DNA of 64,000 nt from an archaeon (GCA_043814055.1 JBDRKL010000010.1:85433-149432); one strand, 5' to 3'; positions 1 to 10,699 are shown, counted from the first letter of the stretch. Notes: generated by a model not told the origin, from the letters alone. Numbers and translations: made by a program.

Positions 1-337
1 TGTAGCTGACGGCGTGATATTTTCAACCGCAACCGGCTCAACCGCGTACGGGATGAGCGCGGGCGGACCTCTAATTGACCCAATACTTGACGCCTATGAG
101 ATAGTTCCTATTTCGCCGTACAAACTGAGCTCGCGGCCGCTCGTGGTTCCTGCGGACACTCTGTGCAGGGTCAAAATCCTCAGGGAAAAAGACGCAGTTC
201 TGGTCATAGATGGCGCTACTCAGCACAGGGTTACGCGGAAGGATAAAATAGAAATCACCAAGTCCTACAACAAGGCATACTTCATCAAGTTTGAGAAAGA
301 CTTTTTTAACAAGATGAAGAAAAAGTTGATTAAGTAA
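1..337 (+). CDS. nadK: NAD kinase, C-terminal part (truncated by window start)
   Basis: DG-VIFSTATGSTAYGMSAGGP motif typical of NAD kinases. Confidence 0.9.
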   Translation, partial: VADGVIFSTATGSTAYGMSAGGPLIDPILDAYEIVPISPYKLSSRPLVVPADTLCRVKILREKDAVLVIDGATQHRVTRKDKIEITKSYNKAYFIKFEKDFFNKMKKKLIK

Positions 338-338
338 G

Positions 339-1136
339 ATGCAAATCAAACGCGAAAAGAATTCTCACAAGGGCTCAAACGGAGTAGTTCTGGTCATCGG
401 CGGTTCTGAGCTTTATACAGGCGCGCCAGCGCTGAGCGCGCTTGCCGCGCTCAACGTGGGATGCGACCTTGCGTATATCGCAGCTCCAAGAAGAGCTGCG
501 GATATCTGCGCAAAGTTCTCCCCTGACTTGATTACAATCCCACTCACAGGAACTTACTTCAAAAAGGAGCACCTTGCAAAACTCGCGCAGTGGGTGAAAA
601 AGGCAGACGCGCTTGTGATTGGTCCAGGGCTTGGCAGGGAATCTGAAACAATCCTCGCTGTGCTGGACTTTGTAAAAACCTGCAAAAAGCCGATTGTGAT
701 TGACGCTGACGCGCTCAAGGCAGTTGCAGGGCATTTGGAAGTTCTCAAGACCTGCAAAGCGGTTCTAACCCCGCATGACAGGGAGTTTGAGATTCTTTCA
801 GGAACAAAGCCGAGCGAGGCGAATGTTAAAAGTTTTGCAAAGAAGCACAGGGTAATCGTGGTAAAGAAAGGCGCAGTGGATATTATCACAAACGGCAGCT
901 CAGTTAAGTTAAACTCAACCGGGAATGAGGGCATGACTGTAGGAGGCACAGGGGACGTGCTCACAGGGGTTATCGCAGGATTAATTGCGCAGAAAATGGT
1001 TCTTTATGAAGCTGCAGAGCTTGGAGCAAAGGTGAACGGCACTGCTGGGGACTTGTGCGAGGCAGAGAAAGGGTATGACTACACAGCCACGGATGTGATT
1101 GAGAAATTGGCTGTAGCGATGAAGGGGGCGAAGTGA
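339..1136 (+). CDS. nnrD: ADP-dependent NAD(P)H-hydrate dehydratase
   Basis: SHKG..G.VLVIGGS..YTGAP, IGPGLG, IDADAL, LTPH..EF, GGTGDVL motifs. Confidence 0.92.
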   Translation: MQIKREKNSHKGSNGVVLVIGGSELYTGAPALSALAALNVGCDLAYIAAPRRAADICAKFSPDLITIPLTGTYFKKEHLAKLAQWVKKADALVIGPGLGRESETILAVLDFVKTCKKPIVIDADALKAVAGHLEVLKTCKAVLTPHDREFEILSGTKPSEANVKSFAKKHRVIVVKKGAVDIITNGSSVKLNSTGNEGMTVGGTGDVLTGVIAGLIAQKMVLYEAAELGAKVNGTAGDLCEAEKGYDYTATDVIEKLAVAMKGAK

Positions 1137-1375
1137 ATAGAAAAGAAGCTGAAAAATTATACAGTAAATTGCACAATATTTTTTACAAATCTAAAATATC
1201 CCGTGATTATGCAACTGCAGCAAAAGCACTGGTTGAGATGCTAAATATTGCAAAAATTCTGAAGGACAAAGGCAAAAAAGAGGAAGTTTTAAAGCACTGG
1301 ACACACCTTCAGATGGAAATGTCCCCGGGGAATGTTGAGCCATTTCAGGAACAAATTGACAAAATACTTAATTAG
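1133..1375 (+). CDS. hypothetical protein (AT-rich)
   Basis: 80-aa ORF overlapping the nnrD stop; no recognisable motif. Confidence 0.55.
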   Translation: MNRKEAEKLYSKLHNIFYKSKISRDYATAAKALVEMLNIAKILKDKGKKEEVLKHWTHLQMEMSPGNVEPFQEQIDKILN

Positions 1376-3555
1376 GGCAGTAAAATCTTATACTTCCCGC
1401 CGCAGTGCGCGGTGATTAACTCACAAATCTCGGTTATCGCGTCGTTCACTTCTTTTTGCGGGATATTCTTGCTACCCTGCACGCACACTATGCAGCTTGT
1501 TGCGCCTTTCTCAATCTTCACGTTATCGTGCTCCTTGGTCAGCCAGCGCGTTAAAACTTTGTTCGCGTCGTCAGCGAGCACCCACTCTGTTGGCTCAATC
1601 TTCACAGCTTCCTTTGTCCCTATTGGCACGAAGTTCTCGTCGCCCTTTGCAACCCGCAGGTTCACGTTGCCCTTAATCTTCGCCAGGTCATACGCTCCCA
1701 TAATGAGCCCGGTCTTGAAAGAAACCAAGTTGTAAATGTCCGTAACCGTGTTTATGTTTGGCACCTGCCCGGTGTTCCGCGTAAACTCAACTATGTTCTC
1801 TGATGAAAGCCCTTCTGTGCCGCAGTCCCGCTTCTCGTCAAGCAAATAACTGTATGCGCTAATGGTCTTCAGGACTTTCTGCTCGTCAAACTCGCTGATT
1901 ATTTTCTTCTTGAGCCGCTCAACAGGGCCGCTCCTTCTTTGAACTTTAAATCCAATCACCTCTGCAATTGAGCAGGTTACATCGCCTTTTTCAAAGAGCT
2001 TCTGAATTTCTTTATCAAGCACGATCTTCTTGCCGGAGAATTTGAGCTCAGGCTCTTTGTATTCAATCTTCTCAATCAGCGGGCTCGGAGTCCCAATCGC
2101 TTGGTCTGGGGCAACTTCCTCAAGCGCGGCTTTCCAGCCCTTTTTGTCAATTTTATCTTTCTCTCCGAGCTGCTCCCATATTTTCTCAGAAGTTTCAGGT
2201 ATGAAAGGCCAGAACAGGACTGCCAGCGAGCGGATTAGGGTTGCGCAAACGCGGATTGACCCCAGGTCCTTGCTCTTCCACGGCTCTTTCTCGTTCAAGT
2301 ATTGGTTCCCCAGGCGAGCCAGGTTAAGAGTTTCCTGCAGGGCCTCGTAGAACTTGAGCTGTTCAATCTTCTTGTCAACAGATTCTGAAACTTTTCGGAT
2401 TTCTGAGAGGACTTTCTTTCCTGCAGGGTCTATTTCAGCCCCAGGAACTTTTCCATCAGAGAGCTTGTTGATTAAAATCAGCACGCGGTGCACGAAGTTT
2501 CCAACATTATCTGCGAGCTCTGAATTGATTAGCTGCGCCACATCTTTCCGCGAGAAATCCCCGTCTGCGCCAAAGGGCATTGCCTTGAGCAGGGCGAACC
2601 GCGTGCGGTCTGCTCCGTAGCTCGTGTACAGTTCTTCTACTGTGATTGCGTTTCCTTTTGATTTTGAAATCTTGTCGCCTTCAACTGTCCACCAGCCGTG
2701 GCCGAACACTTTCTTTGGCAGGTCTTTCACCCCAGCGGAGAGCAGCATTGCAGGCCAGATTACTGTGTGAAACCAGAGGATGTCCTTGCCAACTAGGTGC
2801 ACATCTGGCGGCCAGAGCTCAGCATATTTCCGCCCTTTCTTCAGCCCTGAAATATAGTTCACGAGCGCGTCAAACCAAACATAAGTTACGTGCTTGTTGT
2901 CCAGAGGGAATGGAATGCCCCACTTGAGCTTTGTGCGCGTTATGCTGAGATCGTTCAAGCCGTCCTTGACGCGGTTTATGATTTCCTGGCGCTTGCCCTC
3001 TGGCGAGATGAACTCCGGGTTTTTTTCATAGAAGTCTAGCAGAGGTTTCTGATATTTTGAAAGCTTGAAGAAGTAGGTCTCTTCCTTGAGTTTTTTTACC
3101 TCGCGGTTGCAGTCCGGACACTTGCCGTGGCTCAGCTGTGTTTCAGTCCAGAAAGTTTCGCACGGTACACAGTACCAATCCTCGTACTCGCCAAGGTAGA
3201 TGTCCTTGTTCTTGAAGCACTTACGGATTATCTCGTTCACGATTTTCTCGTGGTCCGGGTCTGTTGTTCTTATGAACTGGTCGTAGGAAATGTTCAGCTT
3301 GCTCCACGCGTCCTTGAAATGCTCAACGAGCTCGTCGCAGAACTCCTTGGGCTCCTGCTCGCGTGCGTTTGCTGCCTCCTGAATCTTCTCTCCGTGTTCG
3401 TCAGTCCCAGTTAGGAAAAAAGTGTCCGCGCCCTTCAGGCGGGCCCAGCGGGCGAGCACATCCGCGGCTATGGTAGTGTAAGCGTGGCCTATGTGCGGCA
3501 CGTCATTCGGATAGTAGATAGGGGTCGTGACATAATATTTTTTGAACGGAATCAC
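1372..3555 (-). CDS. metG: methionine--tRNA ligase with C-terminal B3/4-like domain
   Basis: TTPIYYPN..HIGH, TGTDEHG, single Zn knuckle, YVWFDAL, KISKS; C-terminus PNINTVTDIYNLVS..GAYDLAKI..LR...GDE.F.PIG. Confidence 0.93.
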   Translation of the reverse strand: MIPFKKYYVTTPIYYPNDVPHIGHAYTTIAADVLARWARLKGADTFFLTGTDEHGEKIQEAANAREQEPKEFCDELVEHFKDAWSKLNISYDQFIRTTDPDHEKIVNEIIRKCFKNKDIYLGEYEDWYCVPCETFWTETQLSHGKCPDCNREVKKLKEETYFFKLSKYQKPLLDFYEKNPEFISPEGKRQEIINRVKDGLNDLSITRTKLKWGIPFPLDNKHVTYVWFDALVNYISGLKKGRKYAELWPPDVHLVGKDILWFHTVIWPAMLLSAGVKDLPKKVFGHGWWTVEGDKISKSKGNAITVEELYTSYGADRTRFALLKAMPFGADGDFSRKDVAQLINSELADNVGNFVHRVLILINKLSDGKVPGAEIDPAGKKVLSEIRKVSESVDKKIEQLKFYEALQETLNLARLGNQYLNEKEPWKSKDLGSIRVCATLIRSLAVLFWPFIPETSEKIWEQLGEKDKIDKKGWKAALEEVAPDQAIGTPSPLIEKIEYKEPELKFSGKKIVLDKEIQKLFEKGDVTCSIAEVIGFKVQRRSGPVERLKKKIISEFDEQKVLKTISAYSYLLDEKRDCGTEGLSSENIVEFTRNTGQVPNINTVTDIYNLVSFKTGLIMGAYDLAKIKGNVNLRVAKGDENFVPIGTKEAVKIEPTEWVLADDANKVLTRWLTKEHDNVKIEKGATSCIVCVQGSKNIPQKEVNDAITEICELITAHCGGKYKILLP

Positions 3556-3659
3556 CTTGCGTATTCTATGTTTAACCAGGTATAAATATTGTTTTGCCAG
3601 TTTTATTCAGTTCTGATTAATAATGTTTAAATAAGCGGCTAGCCACTATATTCCATACA

Positions 3660-5819
3660 ATGAGTGTGGATTTTAAAATCTGGGTAATTATCGGAGTGGT
3701 CGCAATTATGGGAATCGCTGCTCTTGTTTTTCTTGACGAGCCATTGCTCGGCGGCTCATTGCACGACGCGTTCTCAGGCGCGGGCGGCGGAGGTGGCAGC
3801 AGTAGTGCATCCTCAGGCAGGGGCTCTCAAGTTCAGGGCATAGATGGCAAAAGTTATACAGTTACAGGCGACTGGTTTGGGCTGATACTCTTAGTTGTAA
3901 TTCTGTTCGGGGGCGCGTGGAAAGGCATTAATTTGTTGAAGAAGCGGAAAGCTGAAAACGCTTCAGATTCGCAAGCAGTGGACGAAGGCGCTAAAGGCAA
4001 ACGTCCTCGCCATCGAAATGACATTGAAGTAAAAGTTCTTCTCGGCAAGAAGCCATTTTCCGGAGTGACCGTGACTGCAGTTGGGCTTGATGGAACTACC
4101 ACAATTGGCGAGGCTACTACAAACAAGGAAGGCATTGCTAAAGTGCGTAACAAGGACAAAAAGCTAATTTCCCGCATAACTGCAGAAACTCCTGAAACAG
4201 AAGTGCGGACAAAAAATGTGGTTAATCCTACGGGTAAAGTAACCCTGATTTTCAAAGCAGAGCGCGCAAAAAAAACAGGCGAGTTCCAGGCAATTAACCT
4301 AAAGCTTATAACTCCTACAATGGAACCTGTCAAGTTTGACAAAGGTCAGCCTGATGTGTCTTATGCAACTCTCACTATTGAGGTTATTAACAAATGGAAG
4401 GGTGACCTGGATACTGTTGTTGCTGAAATAGTGGAAGGTCCAAATTGGCTTTCTTTTAACAATAAGTCAACAAAAGCAAAGATAACTCTTAAAGACTCTA
4501 ATAAAATACACCTCACAGAGGAAGAGGGCGACACGGATTTCGTTCCATTGCCTGTCCAGATAAATCCCGTGGCTAAGCCAGACAGCAATAAGCACATAAA
4601 AATCAATTTCAGGATTCCAGGTCGCAAAGATATTTTTTCAATAAGAACTGCAAACCCTGTTCAGATTGATTTAGATGAGGATAATAATGTAAGTGCAAGC
4701 AGCCCAACTTCTACCACTATAGGGGGTTCTGGCAGTGCTGGATTAGCCAATCTTGACGATGTTTATAGAATAAAGGATGAGAAATTCTATGAGGATGTTG
4801 TTAAGGCAATTTCAGAAATATTTAAAAAAAGGTCGGACGGATATGAACCATTATTTGATTTGTTTGAGGGGGATGACAAGTGGCTTCGGGATGAAATTCA
4901 CAAGGATTTTGAGGATATTCGTTTCAAGTTCAAGTATCCTAAGTACAACGACCGGCAAACTATTTATGAGAACATTCTTCATTTTGATACCACTAACCCA
5001 GAAAAAACAATTGATAAATGGCAATTAGGTGAATCTCGGATGAACACGTCAATTAATCCAGACTTTTATGTTACTGCCGGCGCTCTTGAATATTTGTTTG
5101 AGACCTTTAGCGCTCCTAAATTGAAGGGCGAGGTTGAGTTGTTTCTTAGGTTCTTTTCACCTAATATTAATATGGGTGTGAAAGAACAGCACTTCCAGGC
5201 AAAACTCCAGGAAATCTATAAAGATGCAAACAATAAGGATTTTGTAGAAATTAAGGGTGAAATTTTTGAGCGCCTGTTAGATGACTTTGAGTCTTGGGAT
5301 GCTGATATAGAAAAACTAAAAGAGGAGGTTCTGTGGCTCCCAAAAATCATAAACAGAATAGCCAGAGAGCGCTCAATGCTGTCGCTGGGCAATGGGATTC
5401 GCGGAGATGACAAGGCACAAGAACGACTGAGGGAGTACGCTTCAAGTTTAAAGGGTATTCTGGACGGGAATTCCAGCCAGTCGGGTCTTAGAGACCTTGT
5501 GAATGAGGCATATTACCGTTTTTGTTCCGCAATACTTGAACAGTACACTGATGAAACTGTAGTAGAGAAGTTTGTGGAATCTTGGGTGGATGAGAATATA
5601 ATTGAAGACACAAACCCGACAAAAGAGAGAATCCAAAATGGCGCGGAGCAGCTTCTTTATGGCACATTTGAGCCCTTGGCAAATTTCCTTGCAGTAATGA
5701 AGCTCTACGTGTTTTTAATGGACAAGCTTGTCTACTATTTGCTGGATGATTGGGAAGCTGGAGAAGCTGAAGATTCCAATGATTTTACCGACGGCATAGA
5801 TAACAGTATTTTTAAGTAA
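3660..5819 (+). CDS. large membrane-anchored hypothetical protein
   Basis: Two N-terminal hydrophobic segments around a Gly/Ser linker, beta-rich middle, acidic helical C-terminus. Confidence 0.75.
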   Translation: MSVDFKIWVIIGVVAIMGIAALVFLDEPLLGGSLHDAFSGAGGGGGSSSASSGRGSQVQGIDGKSYTVTGDWFGLILLVVILFGGAWKGINLLKKRKAENASDSQAVDEGAKGKRPRHRNDIEVKVLLGKKPFSGVTVTAVGLDGTTTIGEATTNKEGIAKVRNKDKKLISRITAETPETEVRTKNVVNPTGKVTLIFKAERAKKTGEFQAINLKLITPTMEPVKFDKGQPDVSYATLTIEVINKWKGDLDTVVAEIVEGPNWLSFNNKSTKAKITLKDSNKIHLTEEEGDTDFVPLPVQINPVAKPDSNKHIKINFRIPGRKDIFSIRTANPVQIDLDEDNNVSASSPTSTTIGGSGSAGLANLDDVYRIKDEKFYEDVVKAISEIFKKRSDGYEPLFDLFEGDDKWLRDEIHKDFEDIRFKFKYPKYNDRQTIYENILHFDTTNPEKTIDKWQLGESRMNTSINPDFYVTAGALEYLFETFSAPKLKGEVELFLRFFSPNINMGVKEQHFQAKLQEIYKDANNKDFVEIKGEIFERLLDDFESWDADIEKLKEEVLWLPKIINRIARERSMLSLGNGIRGDDKAQERLREYASSLKGILDGNSSQSGLRDLVNEAYYRFCSAILEQYTDETVVEKFVESWVDENIIEDTNPTKERIQNGAEQLLYGTFEPLANFLAVMKLYVFLMDKLVYYLLDDWEAGEAEDSNDFTDGIDNSIFK

Positions 5820-5864
5820 AGTATTATCGCAACCTAATTAAAGCACTTAAATCATAAATTAATT

Positions 5865-6530
5865 ATGGCAAAAAACGTTATGGAGCTGTATAGCAGGGCA
5901 GAGCTGTTGTTTACTAAAGTTCAGGAATCGTCAAAGGTTGAGCAAGATGACCTGGAGGATGCGTTTTCTACAATATCCCAGGCACTTGAGCTTGCACCAA
6001 ACAACAAGAAGGTTCAAGTACTTCACCGCAGAATTTTGAATAACTTGGTTGAATTTTTATACACACAAGCCGAGGGTTTAGTAACCCGCGGCGATATGGA
6101 AACGGCAGACCAGATTGTAACCCGCGGCTTGATCCTAAACAGCAGACATGCTGGCTTGAAAGGGCTTCATACAAAAATACTCGCAGCAAAGTCTAGGCGC
6201 GAGGGCAAGAGCGGTGTTGAAAATGCAAGACGCGCTGTGCTTTCTGACCCAAAGAACCTGGTTTTGTACGAGCGCCTGATAATGGCTCTTATGCATCGCG
6301 GCAAAAAAGGAGATTTCAAGGCGGCTGATGAATGGCTTGACAAGCAAAAAGCAAAAGCCAGGGATTTTATCAAATCGGGCAAAACAGACAAAGTTCCTGC
6401 TGATATTCTCAAAGACCCTGCTGGTTATTTCAAGGCAAAAAGAAAGGCAATTAATGATGTGCGGCAAAAGCGAATAACCGAAGCGGTTGCCGAACAAAAG
6501 AAGCGAAAAGCAGCAAAAACTAAGAAATGA
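5865..6530 (+). CDS. TPR-like helical repeat protein
   Basis: QALELAPNN, GLILNSRH, AVLSDPKN TPR-like helix-turn patterns. Confidence 0.65.
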   Translation: MAKNVMELYSRAELLFTKVQESSKVEQDDLEDAFSTISQALELAPNNKKVQVLHRRILNNLVEFLYTQAEGLVTRGDMETADQIVTRGLILNSRHAGLKGLHTKILAAKSRREGKSGVENARRAVLSDPKNLVLYERLIMALMHRGKKGDFKAADEWLDKQKAKARDFIKSGKTDKVPADILKDPAGYFKAKRKAINDVRQKRITEAVAEQKKRKAAKTKK

Positions 6531-7543
6531 AAGAGCGCATTAGCACACTAATCAAAACTCTTGAGTCAAAATACTCAACCTCAGGGGACTCCAGCTTCAT
6601 GCTCTCAAGCTCTGGGTTGAAGCGCTACGAACTACATCCAATTGAAAAAACCAATTTTAACACTTTCTCACCTTATGACGCGGAGAAAAAGTTTAACACC
6701 GCAGCTGCGGACTCCGGTTCGCTCCTGATTTATGAAACTCCAGGCTGGAGCATTGGCTACTACAAAATGTCATTTCGCCTGTTTGAAATCTGCCTCAAAG
6801 GCAAAACGTGCAATACGATTCAGACGCGCAAGGCGTTCAAGGAGGACTTCGTGCTCATAGTGAATGGGGAAGGGACAAATAAAGACAATGTGATGTACAA
6901 AAAGCCCGGCAAAGACGCTGAGACTGCGCTGAACGAGTTCAGGTCACAGCGCGAGGTTGAATTCGTGCTTGAGCACTGCAAAACATTGAACAAAGAGGAT
7001 TTGCTCCTCCTGGACGGCTCGCTTGACCACGAGAACTCCAAAATAATTGAAAAACATCCTAATGTTCTAGGACTTTCAAAGAAAACCGGGCTTTCAATCG
7101 CAGGCCATTCTGCACCATCATTTTTCGCACTCAAGGCAACAGAGCACAATGTGCCTGAAAAACCCTGGTTTTACCACCCGCTTGTAAAGCGCTCACAGGC
7201 AGACTCTACAACAAATCCGGAAATCATATTTGGAACCTTAAAACCAAACTCTGTTGTTTTCAGAATCGACTTCCCTAACTCGGCAAAGAAGGACTCAATC
7301 GCGCAGAAGATGAAACAGCTCGGCGTTTGCTCATTGGACGCGAAATACCGCTCATACCCCTACCCGCTCGGCGCAGTTCATTCAGACTCAGTGATGCGCA
7401 AGAATACTAAAGAGCTCGTGAAGCGCTTCATCAAGCGCGAGTTGAACGAATACAAGGCGGGCAGCGCAAGGGACGTTTTCGCGCTGATTGAGAAAGACAT
7501 ATTGCATGCGGATTGGTATGATAACTTGAGGAGGTGCAGCTGA
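6527..7543 (+). CDS. nurA: NurA-family nuclease (divergent)
   Basis: AAADSGS, LLLDGSL, GLSKKT, FRID, YPYPL..VH motifs; upstream of a HerA. Confidence 0.8.
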   Translation: MKERISTLIKTLESKYSTSGDSSFMLSSSGLKRYELHPIEKTNFNTFSPYDAEKKFNTAAADSGSLLIYETPGWSIGYYKMSFRLFEICLKGKTCNTIQTRKAFKEDFVLIVNGEGTNKDNVMYKKPGKDAETALNEFRSQREVEFVLEHCKTLNKEDLLLLDGSLDHENSKIIEKHPNVLGLSKKTGLSIAGHSAPSFFALKATEHNVPEKPWFYHPLVKRSQADSTTNPEIIFGTLKPNSVVFRIDFPNSAKKDSIAQKMKQLGVCSLDAKYRSYPYPLGAVHSDSVMRKNTKELVKRFIKRELNEYKAGSARDVFALIEKDILHADWYDNLRRCS

Positions 7544-8478
7544 TGGCAAGCTCAAAAACAGGACTTACCCCAGAGGAGCTCAGCGGTTTTCTGCTTGACG
7601 GAAACCGGTTAATCGAGCTCAAGCCAGAGCACAGGCTCCTCTTGTGGCACATATTGGCGGCAAAGGACAGCAAAAAAAAGTTTAGGGCCAATTGGACTCG
7701 GAACTCTGCCAAGATAACAAGCCTTGAAATTGCACGTTCAATCTTAGAATTGAACCAAGAGCTGAAGCTGAACCTGACACACATTGCATTTGTGACAGAC
7801 CTCCTGCGCTCAGGCGTTGCAGACGGATACGAAACGCTCACTCTAAGAGTTTCGCCAAGGGCAGTGTACTTCTTTGGGAGAGAAGGGTGCAAAAAGCTTG
7901 TGCTGAAGAGCAGGCGCATCTGGATAAACAGGCAAAACAAAGCCCAGTGGAGAAAAACAAAAAAATACCTAGCCGATATGAGAGAAAAACTGGGAAATGT
8001 CATAACCGAGTGCGGCGAGGTCCCAAATGCAGGGGAGATCCGAGACAGGAGGTTCAAGAGAAACCGAGTGCCAAACAAAATGCTCAACGAACTGAACGCC
8101 CTGAAAGACCTGGGAAATATTTACAACAACCTTTACAACGAAGGCACAGGATTCTTATTCACAGAACTTCATCTCATATCAATGATGTACGAAAAAGAGA
8201 TTAAAGGAAAAGCCAGCGAGGAGAAACTGAAAAGCGGGCAAGAGAGGGTGGTAATGCTTGTTAATGAGTATAAAAAACTTACCGGGAGCGTACCGACAAT
8301 CAGGATGATCCAAAATCCTATTCACCTGCCAAGCATTGCCAGCGACCGGGCAGAGAAGATAAGAATACTGAATGCCCTGCAAACGCCAGCCTCAAGGCTC
8401 ACTGGGAAAAGATTAAGTAGGATAGATGAGATGAAAGACTGGAGGTCGGCTCTCCGGAGGCTCGGACTAATAGAATGA
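7534..8478 (+). CDS. basic hypothetical protein between nurA and herA
   Basis: 314-aa ORF overlapping both neighbours; start may be ATG 7543. Confidence 0.7.
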   Translation: MQLMASSKTGLTPEELSGFLLDGNRLIELKPEHRLLLWHILAAKDSKKKFRANWTRNSAKITSLEIARSILELNQELKLNLTHIAFVTDLLRSGVADGYETLTLRVSPRAVYFFGREGCKKLVLKSRRIWINRQNKAQWRKTKKYLADMREKLGNVITECGEVPNAGEIRDRRFKRNRVPNKMLNELNALKDLGNIYNNLYNEGTGFLFTELHLISMMYEKEIKGKASEEKLKSGQERVVMLVNEYKKLTGSVPTIRMIQNPIHLPSIASDRAEKIRILNALQTPASRLTGKRLSRIDEMKDWRSALRRLGLIE

Positions 8479-10109
8479 CACAAGTAGGCAAAGTTGATTA
8501 TTTTGACGGCGCAAAGCGAAAATTGTATTTCTTCGTGGAAGAAGAGGACGGAGTAGAGGAGGAAGGATTCTACAAGGTTGACACCCCGACTAAAGTGTTC
8601 TATATCTTTGTCACGAGCCTGAGCGAGCAGCCGCTTGACTCAGAGCTCGGCTCACGCTACTCAAAAGAAGGCTTCTCATACGACCTTGACGAGCGTTTTC
8701 TCCTGTACGCACAGGCGTCAATACTGCTTGAATACCGCAAGGCAGAAGACCACAAAATCGTTGGCTATAAGACTATTCCAAGGCACGGCGCAGGCATATT
8801 TGAGCTTGAGGACTCTGATTTTGACATACTCAAGCTGCCCAAATTGGACTTTGCGAACGTGCGCTCAGGGAGCAAGGAGCTCGCAACAAAAGTCGGGTTC
8901 AAGAAGGAATCATACATCACGCACTGGCTGCTCAGCGGTTGGACAAACTCAGGAAAAACCAACTCTGCAAAAGTTCTGCTTGGGGTAACGCTCAAGGGTG
9001 AAGAGGGTGACAGTTTCGCAGGCGGGGTAGTTATTGACCCGCACGGCGAATATTACAAGGATTTGAAAACAATGAACTCGGACGGCGATGTTCGCCTGGT
9101 TCACATGACAATAAATCCTGAGACAGGTGATTCAAACGAGCGCGCATTGGGCATCCCGCTCAGCATGTTAACTCCAAATGACCTCTACGAGGTCGCGGAC
9201 TTCAACCCTGAGACACAGGGCGCGTTCATGTGGCGCTGCAGGGACTACTTTTGGCGGCTTGAGAAGAGGAATACCCCTGACACGCTCAATATACTTTCCG
9301 CGTCAAAGAACTGGATTGACATGATAATCAACAGCGACCACAAGCTACTGCCTCAGCTCGGCGACGACTACAAAGACTCAACTGGACCGAAAGTGATGGA
9401 TGCTACCAAGCGACGTCTGATGCGCATAATCAAGGATGACCAAAGCGTATGGCTTCCTGAGTACACTCCGATTGTTGAGGACATACTTGCTGGAGTCTCA
9501 CGCGGCGTCTGGTACGTGATTGACGTGAGCTCAATAAGCAACAGCACTACCAAGCTCATAACTTCACTTATTGCATACAAGCTCTTCAAAAAGTACAAAG
9601 ACACAGCGATAAACAACCGCGCGGAGTGGAAGACCTACAAGCCAGCAGGCATTCTGGTTGAGGAAGCGCACAACTACCTCTCATCAGATGAGTCCAGCAA
9701 GGGCAACATAATCGCGAAGATTGCAAAAGAGGGCAGGAAGTTCAACGTGTTCTCTATCATTGTTGAGCAAGATCCGAGCGGCATAGACGAGCGCGTCCTG
9801 AAGCAGATTCACAACAAGATAACGCTCCAGCTCATCCCGGTTGACGCGAGCGCGATTGTGAAAACAACGCCGTACATCGCCGAGCTTGAGAACAAGATAC
9901 CCTATTACCAGACAGGGGAAGGTGTGTTTGTCTCAACAGGCAGTTTCACTTTCGCATTGCCTGTCAAATTCCCGCACATCTCAACCTGGCTTAATAATAA
10001 TTCGCAGAAGTGCAAGGAATGCGACGAAGGCAGGAGCTTTGGGGCGAAAGGGATTTGCGGAAAGTGTTCTGGGAAGAAATTGAAGAAGGACGCGAAAGCG
10101 TTTATGTAA
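8475..10109 (+). CDS. herA: HerA-family ATPase with C-terminal Cys4 motif
   Basis: Walker A GWTNSGKT, IDPHGEY, Walker B ILVEEAHNY, IAKEGRKF, Q.PS.ID; CKEC...CGKC tail. Confidence 0.88.
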   Translation: MTQVGKVDYFDGAKRKLYFFVEEEDGVEEEGFYKVDTPTKVFYIFVTSLSEQPLDSELGSRYSKEGFSYDLDERFLLYAQASILLEYRKAEDHKIVGYKTIPRHGAGIFELEDSDFDILKLPKLDFANVRSGSKELATKVGFKKESYITHWLLSGWTNSGKTNSAKVLLGVTLKGEEGDSFAGGVVIDPHGEYYKDLKTMNSDGDVRLVHMTINPETGDSNERALGIPLSMLTPNDLYEVADFNPETQGAFMWRCRDYFWRLEKRNTPDTLNILSASKNWIDMIINSDHKLLPQLGDDYKDSTGPKVMDATKRRLMRIIKDDQSVWLPEYTPIVEDILAGVSRGVWYVIDVSSISNSTTKLITSLIAYKLFKKYKDTAINNRAEWKTYKPAGILVEEAHNYLSSDESSKGNIIAKIAKEGRKFNVFSIIVEQDPSGIDERVLKQIHNKITLQLIPVDASAIVKTTPYIAELENKIPYYQTGEGVFVSTGSFTFALPVKFPHISTWLNNNSQKCKECDEGRSFGAKGICGKCSGKKLKKDAKAFM

Positions 10110-10114
10110 AGAAA

Positions 10115-10699
10115 ATGGATGATGAAATCTGTTTTAGCAAAGAGGAAGAGGAGATTCTAAAGAGTGTAAAAGAGCTGGGCTCAGCTGAAAAGTTATTGAT
10201 TATTCTGGAGTTACTACAGGATTTGATTTCAAGAAACCTTATTGTTGTAAAGAAATATAGGGCATTTCAAATATATTTGATTAATGGAGCTATGAGGCAT
10301 CTAGCGACTCAGTTCAATCCAGATGACATTGATAGATATGATTTGGATCACCCAACCACCCAAATTACGAATACTAATTTGAGCAGAAAAGAGCGTAATG
10401 TGTTAAAAGGTATGATTTTGTCAAAAAGCTATACCAACTATAGCGTAACCGCAGTTGGTAATATTTACATCTTTATAGCAGGGGCTACGATTCGGCAACT
10501 TGCAAACTTAACTCTTACTGAGATCCGAGTCCTTGAATACCTGACCACAGATAAAGCTATTATAGAGTTTTTAAAAAACAAAAAGAAAAAATTTCCTATG
10601 AACAAATTTATTGTCATTTGTAAGCTTGTGGGGGGTATATCCATGCCATCCAATCTACTTACTAAGCAAACTAAAAAAGCCGCGGAAGCGTTAAAGTAA
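10115..10699 (+). CDS. hypothetical protein (AT-rich)
   Basis: ATG 5 nt after herA stop; no motif. Confidence 0.6.
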   Translation: MDDEICFSKEEEEILKSVKELGSAEKLLIILELLQDLISRNLIVVKKYRAFQIYLINGAMRHLATQFNPDDIDRYDLDHPTTQITNTNLSRKERNVLKGMILSKSYTNYSVTAVGNIYIFIAGATIRQLANLTLTEIRVLEYLTTDKAIIEFLKNKKKKFPMNKFIVICKLVGGISMPSNLLTKQTKKAAEALK

